A stretch of 63,668 nucleotides of DNA, filler included, from Octopus bimaculoides (Eukaryota): NCBI RefSeq assembly GCF_001194135.2. It is 5 parts of 4 records of this genome, joined end to end, with 100 filler letters (N's around TTAATTAATTAA, not from the genome) between each part and the next. Parts side by side here need not be neighbours in the genome. Positions count along the whole stretch, not along the records: positions 27,368 to 40,324 come from NC_068984.1; positions 40,425 to 46,503 come from NC_068987.1; positions 46,604 to 59,997 come from NC_069000.1; 2 more parts are not named here. The stretch is one strand, 5' to 3'. The position numbers were made by a program, and so were the translations under genes. Position 1 is the first letter of the stretch, and every line of letters begins with the position of its first letter. Under the pieces are notes generated by a model. That model was given only the letters and a program-made list of their open reading frames with translations, did not search any database and was not told the DNA's origin. Shown here one piece after another: positions 38,632 through 52,341 of the stretch.

Positions 38632-39971
38632 GTAAGTTCAAATTATTTGAGTTATTAAGTGAGTTGTATATTGAGCATGTTGAGAGTGCTGTTGATCTCT
38701 ACCTTTGATACCAGAAACTAATGTCTCATCAGGTGGTGAAGTAGCTCTGTAGGTATTTCAGCCTTTTCCACCGCAACACCGGATCAGAAACCGATGCAGG
38801 TGACAGCGCTCCCTCTCAACAGCACATTCATCATTACACGTGTGAAGTACCACATCAGTGACGAGTCTGATTGGACAGCTTCATGTTATCTCTTACTAAC
38901 GCATATCAGAGATGTAGTAAATGATGAGTGAGAGATATTTCTGTATATCATAACAAAACTATATTTAGGCTGTAGAGTTACGTACAAGGTTAAATATGTC
39001 AGGTGCTCATGAAAGATCATCGGCGCTTACGGGTCGTAACTAATTTGATGATAACTTAATTGCATTGGACATCAGTAAGCAGGTTACAACATAAGGATTT
39101 CTCTTTGGTATATGATGGTCATTCCTATGATTAATGATGCTCCGGCCATTAGTGACCTATTTCATTTCAGATATACTATATATTATAATATTTAGTGCAA
39201 TTTTCATTTCTCAAGAATTTGTCTTCTCTTCCCGTTCTGTCTCATTCTCTCTCCCACACACACGTACTCTTTCAGTTTCTATCTCTCTAATTCCACTCTC
39301 TCTCTCTCTCTCTCCCTCTCTCTCAACCTCCATTTAGCTCTCCCAGTTTCTCTCCCTCGATTCTCATATCTGTCTCTTTCTTTCTTTCTCTCTCTCTTTT
39401 CCTCTCTCTCTCTTTTCCTCTCTCTCCTCTCTACCTGTGTCTCAGTCTATCTTTCTCTCTAACAAACACCTATATATATACAGTAAAACATGAGCCATTT
39501 CATCCGGGACAATAATTCACTGCAGGACTGAGGAGAAATTATATTTCTAATTAAGTGTAATGTAAGCATTACATCTACTTTAAATTCCACAGAAAACCAA
39601 CATATCGAATAAGGCGATTTATTAAACCTAATGAGGAACCGAAGATAAATACGTTTATGGCAACATGTAACAAGTCTTCATAACAATGTATTAAGTAGAG
39701 AGAGAAAGTAAGAAAGCTAGACGCATCTTACGAACATCCGTAATCTCTGTATTTCGTTTGTTCTCGTTTACGCTAGATGTTCATTTATTGCTAGACTGAA
39801 CTCTGTAGATTAGATTATCTAAACTTATTCCCTAGCTTATTGTCGACAGAGATAGGTTAAACGTGCACATATTGCACATTGCTTTTTCTATGTACGTACA
39901 CAGATATATCCACTCTGATAGACATACAGACATGCGTTAGTGTAAATGTAGATACAAATCATTTATCATCT

Positions 39972-40005
<34 letters not shown>

Positions 40006-40586
40006 NNNNNNNNNNNNNNNNNNNNNNNNNNNNNNNNNNNNNNNNNNNNNNNNNNNNNNNNNNNNNNNNNNNNNNNNNNNNNNNNNCTTATATTTATATG
40101 TGTGTATGTGAGTGTATATTTATATCTGTAAATGTGTAAGTATACATACATACATACGCATGTGTGTACGTGTATAGGTATGTGTATAGAAGGTGACAGA
40201 GAAAGATATGTAAGAAATGATATTTATGTAAATAATACACTCAGTAACCATGCATTGTGTATTTATATACACTTTCGTTGATAAACAAGAACATGTCTAT
40301 GTATATATATATACATATACATATNNNNNNNNNNNNNNNNNNNNNNNNNNNNNNNNNNNNNNNNNNNNTTAATTAATTAANNNNNNNNNNNNNNNNNNNN
40401 NNNNNNNNNNNNNNNNNNNNNNNNATATATATAATCCAAGAAAGTTAGGGGCTGTGAATCAAACCCACTAAGGGATAATATCTATCCAATATACTGCTGG
40501 AAGGATACCCAATTATTATTACACCAATGTTTTTACCAAGTGCAATAAATGGGTACGGGTAAAAGGATATTTTACCCTTAATTTAT

Positions 40587-40936
40587 ATAGCAAGAAGAAA
40601 ATGGAGGGGAATATGTGGTACTCATCAACTTGCAGACATTGTATTATGTCAATTTACTTGTTTATTTTTCAACTAAGAGAACAATTAAAACAATATACAG
40701 ACACATATGACATTTTATGTCATATCAGTAATTAAAAATTGAAAAAGACATCTAGTGACCGAAGGAGATGTTCTTTTTAAATTTTAATTACTGACATGAC
40801 ATAATATGTCATATGTGTTTGTATACTGTTTTTATTGTCCTGTCCTCATAGTTGAAAAATAAACAGGCAAATTGACATAATACAATGTCTGCAAGTCGAT
40901 GAGTACCACATATTCCCCTCCATTTTCTTATTGCTA
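40587..40936. mobile_element. ~350-bp fold-back element (arms 40587-40753 / 40766-40936, 12-nt loop)
   Basis: Arms are reverse complements along their length. Ends TATAGCAAGAAGAAAATGGAGGG / CCCTCCATTTTCTTATTGCTATA match the HH-B tail motif. Confidence 0.8.
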
Positions 40937-41137
40937 TATTACATATATTATTACATATATATGCATATATATATACATACATATATATATATATATATAC
41001 ATATGTATACATATATATATACATATATATATATATATACATACATATACGTATATACATATATACATATACATATATGCATATATACATATATACATAT
41101 ATACATACATATATATATACATATACATACAAACATG

Positions 41138-41169
<32 letters not shown>

Positions 41170-41274
41170 TATACATATATTGTACATATATATATACATA
41201 TATATATATATACATATACATACGCATATATATATACATATATATATCCATACATATATACTTATATATATACT

Positions 41275-41317
<43 letters not shown>

Positions 41318-41369
41318 ACATATATATATATACATATATCCATACATATATACTTATATATATACTTAC

Positions 41370-41424
<55 letters not shown>

Positions 41425-41577
41425 CATATATATATACATATATATATACATATATATATATACATATAAATATACATATATATATACATATATATATATA
41501 CATATACATATATATATATACATACATATATATATATACATAAATATGTGCATAATATATACATACATATATATACT

Positions 41578-41624
<47 letters not shown>

Positions 41625-41649
41625 ATATATATATGTATGTATGTATGCA

Positions 41650-41681
<32 letters not shown>

Positions 41682-41682
41682 C
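40937..41682 (+). repeat. Complex (TA)n/(TACA)n/(TG)n microsatellite with an internal ~90-bp duplication
   Basis: The ATATCCATACATATATACTTATATATATACTTAC block occurs twice. Confidence 0.9.
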
Positions 41683-42129
41683 ATATTTTTTATGCAGTGA
41701 GCGAGCGAGAGACAGGAAAGTGAGAAACATTTTGAAGATAGAGTGGGGTGGGGAAAGAAATAATAATTATGAAGGAGTGAGCATAAATGCAACATAAAAG
41801 AAAGAAGGAAATGAAAAAGACAGAAAAAAAGAAAGTAAGAAAGAAAGAAGGAAAAAGAAATAAAGAAGGACAGAAAGAAACGGCAATACGAGGCCAGGGG
41901 ACTTAATTAACTGCAGCCTATAACAGAAGATATTCAATGTCTGTCGTTTGGTATTAGATGAACGCTGCACAGAAGACAAATTTGACCGTCGCTGACTATG
42001 GGAGAAACTACAGAGCAGATGAGAACATCACGTCATCACACGTGTATTAAGGACGAATAGAAGGCCATTACAAAATTTGGGGTCTGGATGAAAAATTGAT
42101 TTTGTTTCTTTGTTTTCCTAATGAAATAG

Positions 42130-42179
42130 AGATCGTCTGGAAGCAGGGCGAGAAAGGAAAAGAATATGAAGACGAACAT
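42130..42179 (+). CDS. Candidate exon, 50 nt
   Basis: TTTTGTTTCTTTGTTTTCCTAATGAAATAG acceptor and CAT|GTAAGT donor. Frames: DRLEAGRERKRI* or EIVWKQGEKGKEYEDEH or RSSGSRARKEKNMKTN. Confidence 0.45.
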
Positions 42180-43739
42180 GTAAGTTGGAATATTAGTGAA
42201 TTGTTTCATTTTTTCTTTTGTTTTGATCCATTGACGGTCGCTCTATGTAATCATACGACCTGCTAGTAATAGTGATCAAATATCCTTTAAATAAAATTTC
42301 TTTAATGAGATATAGGATGGACATATTGGAAGGTGCAGTCTAAGATAAACTATGTGCATGAAATGACTGCATGGTCGTGGTTTGAATGTCTTAAATCATA
42401 GGTATGACTGAACTGGGCCTAACTGAAATCAAACAATAAAATTTTTTCCACTTGCAAAAAATATTTAAGGATGTGACTTCATACATACATACATACATAC
42501 ATACATACATACATACATACATACCTGCATGCATACATACATACATACATACATACATACATACATACATACATACATACATTTGAATACATAACTATAT
42601 TAAAAAGTTCGTTGGAAACAGCTCTAGTGACTTGACACATTATCCATCTGTTTTTATTTATTTATTTACATATGTATATATATATATATATATATNNNNN
42701 NNNNNNNNNNNNNNNNNNNNNNNNNNNNNNNNNNNNNNNNNNNNNNNNNNNNNNNNNNNNNNNNNNNNNNNNNNNNNNNNNNNNNNNNNNNNNNNNNNNN
42801 NNNNNNNNNNNNNNNNNNNNNNNNNNNNNNNNNNNNNNNNNNNNNNNNNNNNNNNNNNNNNNNNNNNNNNNNNNNNNNNNNNNNNNNNNNNNNNNTATAT
42901 ATATATATATATATATGCACACATGTATACATATGAATGTTTGTTCAAAAGGAGAAAAGAACTCTCTGTCTTTCTCCCTCTCTCTTTCTCTCTCTCTCCC
43001 TTCATGGACCTCCATGCCAAAGTCTGAAGATTCGTGAAATTCCATAAGAAAGCAAACTCTCCATCTAGTGTTTGTATGCCTTAGCCACAAGTCTATCTTC
43101 CCCAGTTTGATTCCTGTGACTGAAGGCATACACATACACATACACATATACACACATTCTCACACACATGCACAAACAGTAACGAAGCAAGCATACTTGT
43201 GTACGACTAAAGTGACATCCATACCCACAACGAAACTTCAAGTTTATCCACACGCACATGCACACATACCTATGCACATATCAATCGAGATAACCAGAAG
43301 TGTGACTTGTATGAATTTATTGGCTGTTGTATATATGTTGGTGAAATTGTTTCTGTGTTGTTCCATAGTTTAGTCTACTAATCTATTCGCGTATTTGATA
43401 TTAACTAATGTTTCTTTCAAATCTAATTTACATACGTGTTGTAAGTGACATTGTGAAGCATTATGTTCTAGTAAAACCTAGCTGTTCGATAAATAGAGAG
43501 TAGTAAAATGAGTAGCAGTCAAGTACTAGATTAATGTAAATCGGCAATTCCTGTCCCGAAAAATTTAAGGCATGTATCTCTAAGAGAAATTATTCGTTAG
43601 AGCGTCAGACGAAATATCTAGTAGTATTTAATTGCGGTACTTTACGTCCTGAATTCATATCCCATCGAGATTAACTTTGCCTTTTATCTCGCAGGAGTCG
43701 ATGAAATAAAGTACTAGACAAGTATAGAGTTGAAAGAGT

Positions 43740-44046
43740 CAGTTCAAAATGTCACAATTGAGACATGCATCAACAGGGTCAGTGGCGAAATACGACGCAG
43801 ACACTGGAACCGAACCGGACATATATATCCTCGGACAAGATCGAGAAAGCGATTGTATGGAGGCATTATAATGGCGGTCTGAGGAGAAAAGAGCAGCAGG
43901 GCACCTTAAAACCACATGGCAAAGAACCATTGACAAGGAGAAGAGAAGGGTGGAGAAACTGGAATGAGACCAGAACAGTGACATAAAGCAACTGGTTGGA
44001 GAAATCGTGTTGGAGATATCTAACTAACTAACTTACTTACTAACTA
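43740..44046 (+). mobile_element. RTE-clade LINE 3' end with (CTAA)n tail
   Basis: IRRRHWNRTGHI...DCMEAL*WRSEEKRAAGHLKTTWQRTIDKE...WNE, followed by CTAACTAACTAAC. Confidence 0.75.
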
Positions 44047-44780
44047 GAGCGGGGTAAATGGTATCGACTAACTCTACCTCTCAAAATTGCTGAGATTGTG
44101 CCTAAATTAGAAACAATTATTATTAGAGAAATCAACGACAGAATCGGTTGCGCACTGAGCGAAATCCTTTGTGGAATTCTTGATAGTTTCTCGATTTATA
44201 ACTCTCCCTTCAAAATACAAGGCCCTGTACTTCTGCTAGAAATTATGATTATATTGTTTTCCAGTCGGTATGTATGCTTTCTTTCTATGCTATTCCAGAT
44301 TTTTAGCGACGATTCATGAATGTTGACAATACATATTTCCTCCGCATGTAATTTTGTGAATACTCGTGTTTTTGTGTGTACATGTACATATATTTGTGCG
44401 TGTTCATGTTTTTGTTGGCCATTGCATGATTATACCATTGCTGCTATTTAGCTCCCAATAGGCCCTCAGGGCAAACACTATGATCCAAATCATTCCAATT
44501 CGAATCATTCCGAGTTTTCTTTTTTGGCAGGGTTTCTTTCTTTTTTGCTTAATCTATCCTGCACTACATTGTCCAATGCAGCCTTCTCTTTTAAAGATGG
44601 GAGGCTGCAATCTGACGAGTATTTAGTTGCTGCTAATTCTAGCACATAGTAAGACCACAAAAAGACTCCAAGTTTGTTCAGAGTGGTTATGCTATTTTAT
44701 AAATGTGTATCATTTATTTTAATTTATCTGTCATTTATCTAATGTATCCGTTCATTTTAGTTCACATATAGTCCGCTAGT

Positions 44781-45170
44781 GTGGAGGCGCAATGGCCCAG
44801 TGGTTAGGGAAGCGGACTCGCGGTCATAGGAACACGGTTTCGATTCCCAGATCGGGCGTTGTGAGTGTTTATTGAGTGAAAACACCTAAAGCTCTACGAG
44901 GCTCCGGCAGGGGATGGTGGCGAAGCCTGCTGTACTCTTCCACCACAACTTTCTCTCACTCTTTCTTTCTGTTTCTGTTGTACCTGTATTTCAAAGGGCC
45001 AGCCTTGTCACACTGTGTCACGCTGAATATCCCCGAGAACTACGTTAAGGGTACACGTGTCTGTGGAGTGCTCAGCCATATACACGTTAATTTCACGAGC
45101 AGGCTGTTCCGTTGATTGGATCAACTGGAACCCTCGACGTCGTAGGCGACGGAGTGCCAACAACAACAAT
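44781..45170 (+). mobile_element. Full-length tRNA-derived SINE family B
   Basis: A box TGGCCCAGTGG, B box GTTTCGATTCC, (CAA)n tail. Possible TSD CCGCTAGT / CCGCCAGT. Confidence 0.9.
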
Positions 45171-45892
45171 TCCCGCCAGTAACAATTTTCCTAATGATCT
45201 AGATGTTATCCAGACAAAACATTTCCTGAGCAAACCCGAGTACTGAGGTTTACCCTGGTAAGGTGCTCATTTTTAGTCCAATTCCATTTTTATTACTACC
45301 AAAGTTGTCATTGCTATGAGTGTCACTACGGAATCTATTCGCTATAATCTTACTACTTCTGTCTGTCGATCCTATGTATTAGAATAAATGTTTTTCTTGT
45401 TTCGCTGATTGCTCTGTTCGTGTACGTGAAATATTAACTATATAGATATAGATAGTACACTTAATTGATTTTTACTTGCTTTTAAGCTTATATTCACTTT
45501 CGTGACTAAGACTTTTTGTTCTAAAAATTAAATATTTCAACCAGAAAAGGCCATGCAAGTAGGTCCTTTTTTTTAGATCAATACAGTTTATGTTTGAATC
45601 AGGTATTAATCTACAAGATTGACAAAAGTATCTATCTTCTGGATTAAAATTTGTTGTAAGATGTGGACGAAGAGAGAATTCCATATGGGTATAATGCTGG
45701 ATTGGAAGGAATCGGGTAAAGCATTAAGCTTGAAATTTGATGGGGGAAATAGAGAGTGATGATGATGATGATAAATAAGTGCAACGAACGGGTTTGACCG
45801 CAGGATGACATACACAAGAATTATTTGTAGTATCGTTGAAGCAGACAAAAATAAATGTATGTATGTATGTATGTATGAAAATATATATATGC

Positions 45893-46052
45893 ACAGGCGT
45901 GGCTGTGTGTTAAGAAGCTTCCTTCCCAACCACATTGTTCCAGGTTCAGTCCCACTGAGTGGCACCTTGGGTAACTGTCTTCTATTATAGCCTCGGGCCG
46001 ACCAAAGTTTGTGAGCGGATTTGGTTGACGGAAATTGAAAGAATCCTGTTGT
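45893..46052 (+). mobile_element. SINE family C, 5' part
   Basis: GGCGTGGCTGTGTG head through GACGGAAATTGAAAGAA. A matching 3' part lies at 46746-46860. Confidence 0.85.
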
Positions 46053-46080
46053 GTATATATATATATATATATACGCAACA

Positions 46081-46139
<59 letters not shown>

Positions 46140-46147
46140 CGTATATG

Positions 46148-46485
46148 AGGAGATCCCCTTCGGTCATGAATGACTGTGGGATTGCACCTAGAAAGTTACC
46201 CTCCGAAGCACAAGTCCGGGCAAGGTTGTTTATGGAAGGCCAGCATTCGCCCATGTATACCAGACTACCCTCTCCACACCACTGATGTTATCCAAGGGAA
46301 AGGCAAAGGCCGATACAACATGGCACAAGTGATGTCACAATTCATTTCAACAGCTCAGTTAACTGGAGCAACGTGAAATAAGGTGTCTTGCTCAAGAATA
46401 CAACACGCAGCCCGGTCCGGAAATCGAACTCACAACTTCACGATCGTAAGCTCGACGCTCTAACCACTGAGCCATGCACCTTCAC
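46148..46485 (-). mobile_element. tRNA-derived SINE, head type A with a distinct 3' body
   Basis: Minus strand GTGAAGGTGCATGGCTCAGTGGTTAGAGC..GAGTTCGATTTCC..TTCTTGAGCAAGACAC; 3' half unlike that of 12910-13237. Confidence 0.85.
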
Positions 46486-47348
46486 TATATATATATATAT
46501 ATANNNNNNNNNNNNNNNNNNNNNNNNNNNNNNNNNNNNNNNNNNNNTTAATTAATTAANNNNNNNNNNNNNNNNNNNNNNNNNNNNNNNNNNNNNNNNN
46601 NNNTATCATGATATATATATAAGTTTAAAAAAAGACAAAAAACAATAACAAAAAACAACAACGTGAGGACGTGATACGGATAGTGTTATTAGACGCTCGG
46701 GAAAGGAAAGAGAGAGAGTATATATATATATATATATACATACATATGTCTGTGTTTGTCCCCTCACCATCGCTTGACAACCGATGTTGGTGCGTTTACG
46801 TCCCCGTAACTTAGCGGTTCGACAAAAGAGACCGATAGAATAAGTACTAGACTCACAAACCTTATGGTCTCAGCCAGCTGCAACGCTTATAAAACACACA
46901 TTCTCTGTAAGAGCTTTTTGATGTTTAAGTTTAAAATCTTAAATACCATTTTTGTTATATTTATACAACGGAGAAGCTTCAGAAAATGACTATAAAACTT
47001 AAAAGTTTAAAACTCTTAAGAGTTATAAAACGTTAGATATTCAGCAGGCCTTCCTTTCTCTTCTCATATACGCAGCTTATAAAAACAGGATTTAAATGAG
47101 ACAAGCTATTGGTGATGGTACATGTAACCTTCGGCTTCAGAAATGGTTGATGGTTAACTACTGACCAAGCCGGAAGTTATAGCTAACATTTTGTCGTCCG
47201 TCTGAAATGACCACAAGCCGAACATCTGGCAAAGTCGTTAAGTTCTCACCAATTATTTTGGCATTTTCTTCTTATGGTAATTAATCAGGCACTTTTTTTA
47301 ATAAAGACGTACATTTTATGAGCTTTGTGATGCAGGTGTCATGCTGAA

Positions 47349-47708
47349 CTCTTTACTCTCTTTACTCTTTACTCTTGTTTCAGTCATTTGACTGCGGCCA
47401 TGCTGGAGCACCGCCTTTAGTCGAGCAAATCGATCCCAGGACTTATTCTTTGGAAGCCTAGTATTTATTCTATTGGTCTCTTTTGCCGAACCGCTAAGTT
47501 ATGGGGACATAAACACACCAGCATCGGTTGTCAAGCGATGCTGGGGGGACAAACACAGACACATGAACATATACACACACCTACATATATATCTATATAC
47601 ACATATATACGACGGGCTTCTTTCAGTTTCCGTCTACCAAATCCACTCACAAGGCTTTGGTCGGCCCGAGGCTATAGTAGAAGACACTTGCCCAAGGTGC
47701 CACGCAGT
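47349..47708 (-). mobile_element. SINE family C, near full length
   Basis: (TACTCTT)-type tail, GCGGCCATGCTGGAGCACCGCC, internal microsatellite; the head runs into a gap. Confidence 0.9.
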
Positions 47709-47755
47709 NNNNNNNNNNNNNNNNNNNNNNNNNNNNNNNNNNNNNNNNNNNNNNN

Positions 47756-47890
47756 AAATCCTGTCGCGGTCAACTTTGCCTTTCAACTTTACGGGGTCGA
47801 TAAAATAAAGCACCAATTAAGATTTGGAGTTGATGATATCGATTAACCTTTCAACTCACAATTGCTGACCGTGAGCCTAATTTTGAAACT
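47756..47890 (+). mobile_element. SINE family D, 3' part
   Basis: CAACTTTGCCTTTCA..GGGGTCGATAAAATAAAGCACCA. Confidence 0.7.
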
Positions 47891-47917
47891 AAGGTGGTAG
47901 GCTTGCAGAATTGCTTT

Positions 47918-47923
47918 GTGTGT

Positions 47924-48006
<83 letters not shown>
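47918..48006 (+). repeat. (GT)n microsatellite
   Basis: Direct reading. Confidence 0.95.
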
Positions 48007-48007
<1 letters not shown>

Positions 48008-48715
48008 TCTCCATGCATTTTGATCTGATTGTATTTCACACTAAAATTACACGTTTGTTCATAGGTAGGTGAGAGTTTTCTCGTTATATAAATGAATGTT
48101 CGCAATTGCAACACATACCAAGGCAATGCTCGCCGCTGCCGCCGCCATCAAAATCAGCAACGCCACCCTCACCACCATCACCACCACGACCACTACCTCT
48201 ACCACCTCTACCGTCACCAACTCCATTACCATCACCATCAACCCCATTAACATCACCGTCAGCACCAGCACCAGCATCACTACCACCACTGTCGCCATCG
48301 CATTCACCAGCAACACGGCAACCACTATCACCACCACTACCACCATAATCACCACTACATCTCGTCCAAAACTATAGTATGTATGTATGTATGCGTGCTT
48401 TTATTAGTGCGTATGTATATCTGTCCATAAATGTATGAGTGTGCATGTTTGTGTGTGTTTGTGATTTTGTGTGCGGGTGTAAGCCGATGGTCGTTGTAAA
48501 TAGATGTGACTTTAGCCTTAAACAAATTACTGTTTGAGTTAAGTTAAAAGCCACTTAGCTTCTTTCGGAAAAGTTCGTGGTTTTGGGGGCCCGTATCCGA
48601 TGACATGACCTCTGTAATTGGGTACACTTTCATAGCTCGATTCCTTGACAAACACAAAACTTATTGGCACCTAACCAACTCTACTTATCTGGAAGTCACA
48701 GCAATAAATACAACA

Positions 48716-48746
<31 letters not shown>

Positions 48747-49146
48747 GAGTATATAAATCTTGGACAAACATATATATATACACCGTACACATACACACAC
48801 ATACACACATATATACATGTAGCCTAGTTACCTATCAACTTAACTAATTATTGACGATGACCTCAGCACCTATCTTTCAATTTAAGATTATACACTCAAA
48901 CACTCATTCACATATACACACATATTTGCACACATATATATATATATTTATGTATGTATGTGTGTGTGTAGGTATATACATACAGACATACATACATACA
49001 AACAGACAAATTAAAAACTATAAGGTTAATACACAAATTAAATTTATATATAGATGTGTGTGTGAGAGAGCATTTCTGTGTATGGGCGTGTATTTGCATA
49101 GATGCGTGTGTGGTTCTTTGTATGCTTGTATCTCTCTCTCTCTCTC

Positions 49147-49201
<55 letters not shown>

Positions 49202-49289
49202 TACACATAAGCACATTAGCACCGATTGTCAAGTAGTAGTGTGGGAATACGCAAAGACTCACCACGCGCGCGCGCACAAGCATATTCAT

Positions 49290-49430
49290 TCGACGGGTTT
49301 CTTTCAGGTCCCGGCTACCAAACCCACTCGCTGGGTTTTGGTCGGCCTTGGCCTTAAGATGTCACACAGTAGGACTGAACCCGGAACCATTTGGTTGGGA
49401 AGCATTCTTCTTAATACACAACCGCGCACA
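49290..49430 (-). mobile_element. SINE family C, diverged 5' part
   Basis: CGACGGGTTTCTTTCAG..GGACTGAACCCGGAACCAT. Confidence 0.75.
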
Positions 49431-49541
49431 TATGTGTATGTGTGCGTGTGTGTAGATAGATATATAAACAGACAGATCGATAGGTTGACAAACAGACAGA
49501 CATAGACAGACAGACAGAAGACAGACAGACAGACAGACAGG

Positions 49542-49581
<40 letters not shown>

Positions 49582-50249
49582 TATATGTGATAGTTTTCTA
49601 TGTCTGCATCGTACTCCAGGTACGCAAACACCTTTTCTGCACACAGATAACCTATTCATTGGTAAAGATTGTTAGACATATTTCCTGTTCCTTTTGTGTG
49701 TGTGTGTGTGTGTGTAGATATGCCTGTGTTTGTGTAAATGATTCTTTTTAGTGTGTTTGTGCATGTATGTGTGTGTTAGTATGCAAGTATATGTGTCACG
49801 TGATTGCATATAAACACCTGTCCACAAGCAAGCGAGTAAGCACGCATTCACAGAGCGCCACCCGATTTCTTCCAACAACCTACATAGAGCCAGACGCAAG
49901 GATAAATACGTGTATATGTACTTAAGTGGACACACCCGGTTAATTGGTCAACTAAGTGCAGTGTCTGAAAGCCTGGATTGGGAGCTTAGGGGGTGGAGAT
50001 TGGCCTGAAGGAGTGAGTGGGGTGTTAGTTAATCAACCTGGTTCTCTAATTCTCACTGACGTTCTAATCAGTTTTGAAGAAATGGACAAATTGGAACCGT
50101 CTTGGCTGTCAGAAACTGATTACAGACAGAACACTGACGCATGCGCCGCACATGCATGGATGCACATACATACATACACACAAGTACACGTTCACATACC
50201 ATACATATATGTGAATATGCGTACGTGTGTGTATATATATATAAGTGTG

Positions 50250-50305
<56 letters not shown>

Positions 50306-50639
50306 NNNNNNNNNNNNNNNNNNNNNNNNNNNNNNNNNNNNNNNNNNNNNNNNNNNNNNNNNNNNNNNNNNNNNNNNNNNNNNNNNNNNNNNNNNNNNNN
50401 NNNNNNNNNNNNNNNNNNNNNNNNNNNNNNNNNNNNNNNNNNNNNNNNNNNNNNNNNNNNNNNNNNNNNNNNNNNNNNNNNNNNNNNNNNNNNNNNNNNN
50501 NNNNNNNNNNNNNNNNNNNNNNNNNNNNNNNNNNNNNNNNNNNNNNNNNNNNNNNNNNNNNNNATAGATAGATAGAAAGATAGATAGATATGCCAAATGA
50601 TGTTTTGTGAAATATTTTTAATCAGAATTTTTTTCTCAG

Positions 50640-50659
50640 TACCTGCAAAACGTCCCCAT
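50640..50659 (+). other. Candidate 20-nt microexon (coding or 3' UTR)
   Basis: TTTTTTTCTCAG|TACCTGCAAAACGTCCCCAT|GTAAGC. Confidence 0.4.
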
Positions 50660-51069
50660 GTAAGCGTGTGTGTAATTAAATGAACTGTCTATTGACATAG
50701 AAGGGATGTGTCCCTCTACTATTTGTTTTTCGTTTTCGTTTTTACTTTCCTATCTCTATCTTTGGGGCTTCCTGATTCATATCCCAAAATTCGTTTACAT
50801 CAAATATCAGTTTAATGAGGGACACAATCTAATGCTTCAGCCGGTACGAAATCTTTAAAAACTGTTCTTGTAACTTACCGTCTCCTACTTTGAAACGTTT
50901 TGCATCACGGAGAGATTTTAAACCGTTTTAAATGCTTTTGCTTTGAATGTAAGCACTTAGAAAACTAAACTTCTGTCTCAAAGCATTACCTTTGATGTAA
51001 CTTGATGAGAAATCTCTTTAAAATTTCCACTGTTTATCTTAACTTTGTACTAATTCTTTTTCTTTACAG

Positions 51070-51260
51070 ACAATGCAAAGCTGGACAAAGAGGAATCATG
51101 AGAAAGGCTAGATCAGCATTTAGAAATGGAGATATATAGATTGTATGATTATGACATCATAAGGCATCCTGATCATAAGATAATGGTCAGCAGTCTTCAC
51201 TACGTTATCGAATCATGGACCCCGTATGCTTTGAACAATAAAAGAACAATAGAAGAAAAT
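51070..51260 (+). other. Candidate terminal exon
   Basis: TACTAAT branch-like site and TCTTTTTCTTTACAG acceptor. Stops in all frames by 51139; AATAAA near 51237. Confidence 0.35.
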
Positions 51261-51909
51261 AATATATATATTCAATCATTCATACATACATGAATGCATG
51301 CATGCATGCATACATGTTTTCTCAAACTAGTGTAATTGTGGCATATAAAAAAGACTGCTGCTTCTGTCTCTGGTGTTGGTCAAATTAATGTAAAAGCCGA
51401 TGAGAAACTCCCCAAAGGTTCGAAAATCGATTAAGGTCGCTCTTCATGCTTTTCAATCCACGGAGAAAAGGCTAAATTAGTCCTCTTTATGAATGTACCA
51501 TATAGTTTACATATATTTCATTTTGGCCCAAGTCAGCCAATTATTGCCGGTAAGTTTCGCACAGCATCTTCAGGCATGTCATAACTTAGCTAACTCGGCA
51601 CAACAAGAAACTGAGCCGGCCATAATAATTCTCTCTCTCTCTCTCCCCCCCTCNNNNNNNNNNCCCCCCCCTCTCTCTCTCTCTCTCTCACACACACACA
51701 TCGTTGTAGAAATGCATTCATGTATGCTTCAGCACTTACATAGCTATAAGTACAAGTACCTTAGCATATGTATATACGTATCTGTAAGCGTAGCAGTTTG
51801 ATGTGTGGGATATGCACGAGTACTCATATAACAAGCAATATACGATCATTAACACGTGTATATAATATTATATAAATACAGCGAATCATAGACCCATACT
51901 GTGTGTATA

Positions 51910-51945
<36 letters not shown>

Positions 51946-52211
51946 CATATATGCACACACACACACATATATATATCCATGTGTCTATATATATGTTTAT
52001 ATATATTTATGTATATCTCTCTATGTATATCTATCTATATACACATTTATATTAAGGGCACTACTATACATAAATGCCTCACGCTACATATGTGTATATA
52101 TACGTCCAAACATATACACATTTAAACGCGCGCACACACGCACACATTTATATATGTATGTGTATATATATACTTATGTATATCTCTATATGCATATCTA
52201 TCTATCTATCT

Positions 52212-52267
<56 letters not shown>

Positions 52268-52298
52268 GTCCATACACATACACATTTATACGCACGCG

Positions 52299-52341
<43 letters not shown>

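Noticed and set aside
38690-38740. Minus-strand CTGATGAGAC...AAAGGTA motif
   Set aside because: No GAAA and no stem I pairing.
44781-44860. tRNA gene-like sequences at SINE heads
   Set aside because: They have A and B boxes but continue into SINE bodies with no complete cloverleaf; not called as tRNA genes.
50860-50890. Minus-strand donor ACG|GTAAGT (similar at ~30000)
   Set aside because: No matching strong acceptor. Noted as a control showing that isolated splice-like motifs arise by chance here.
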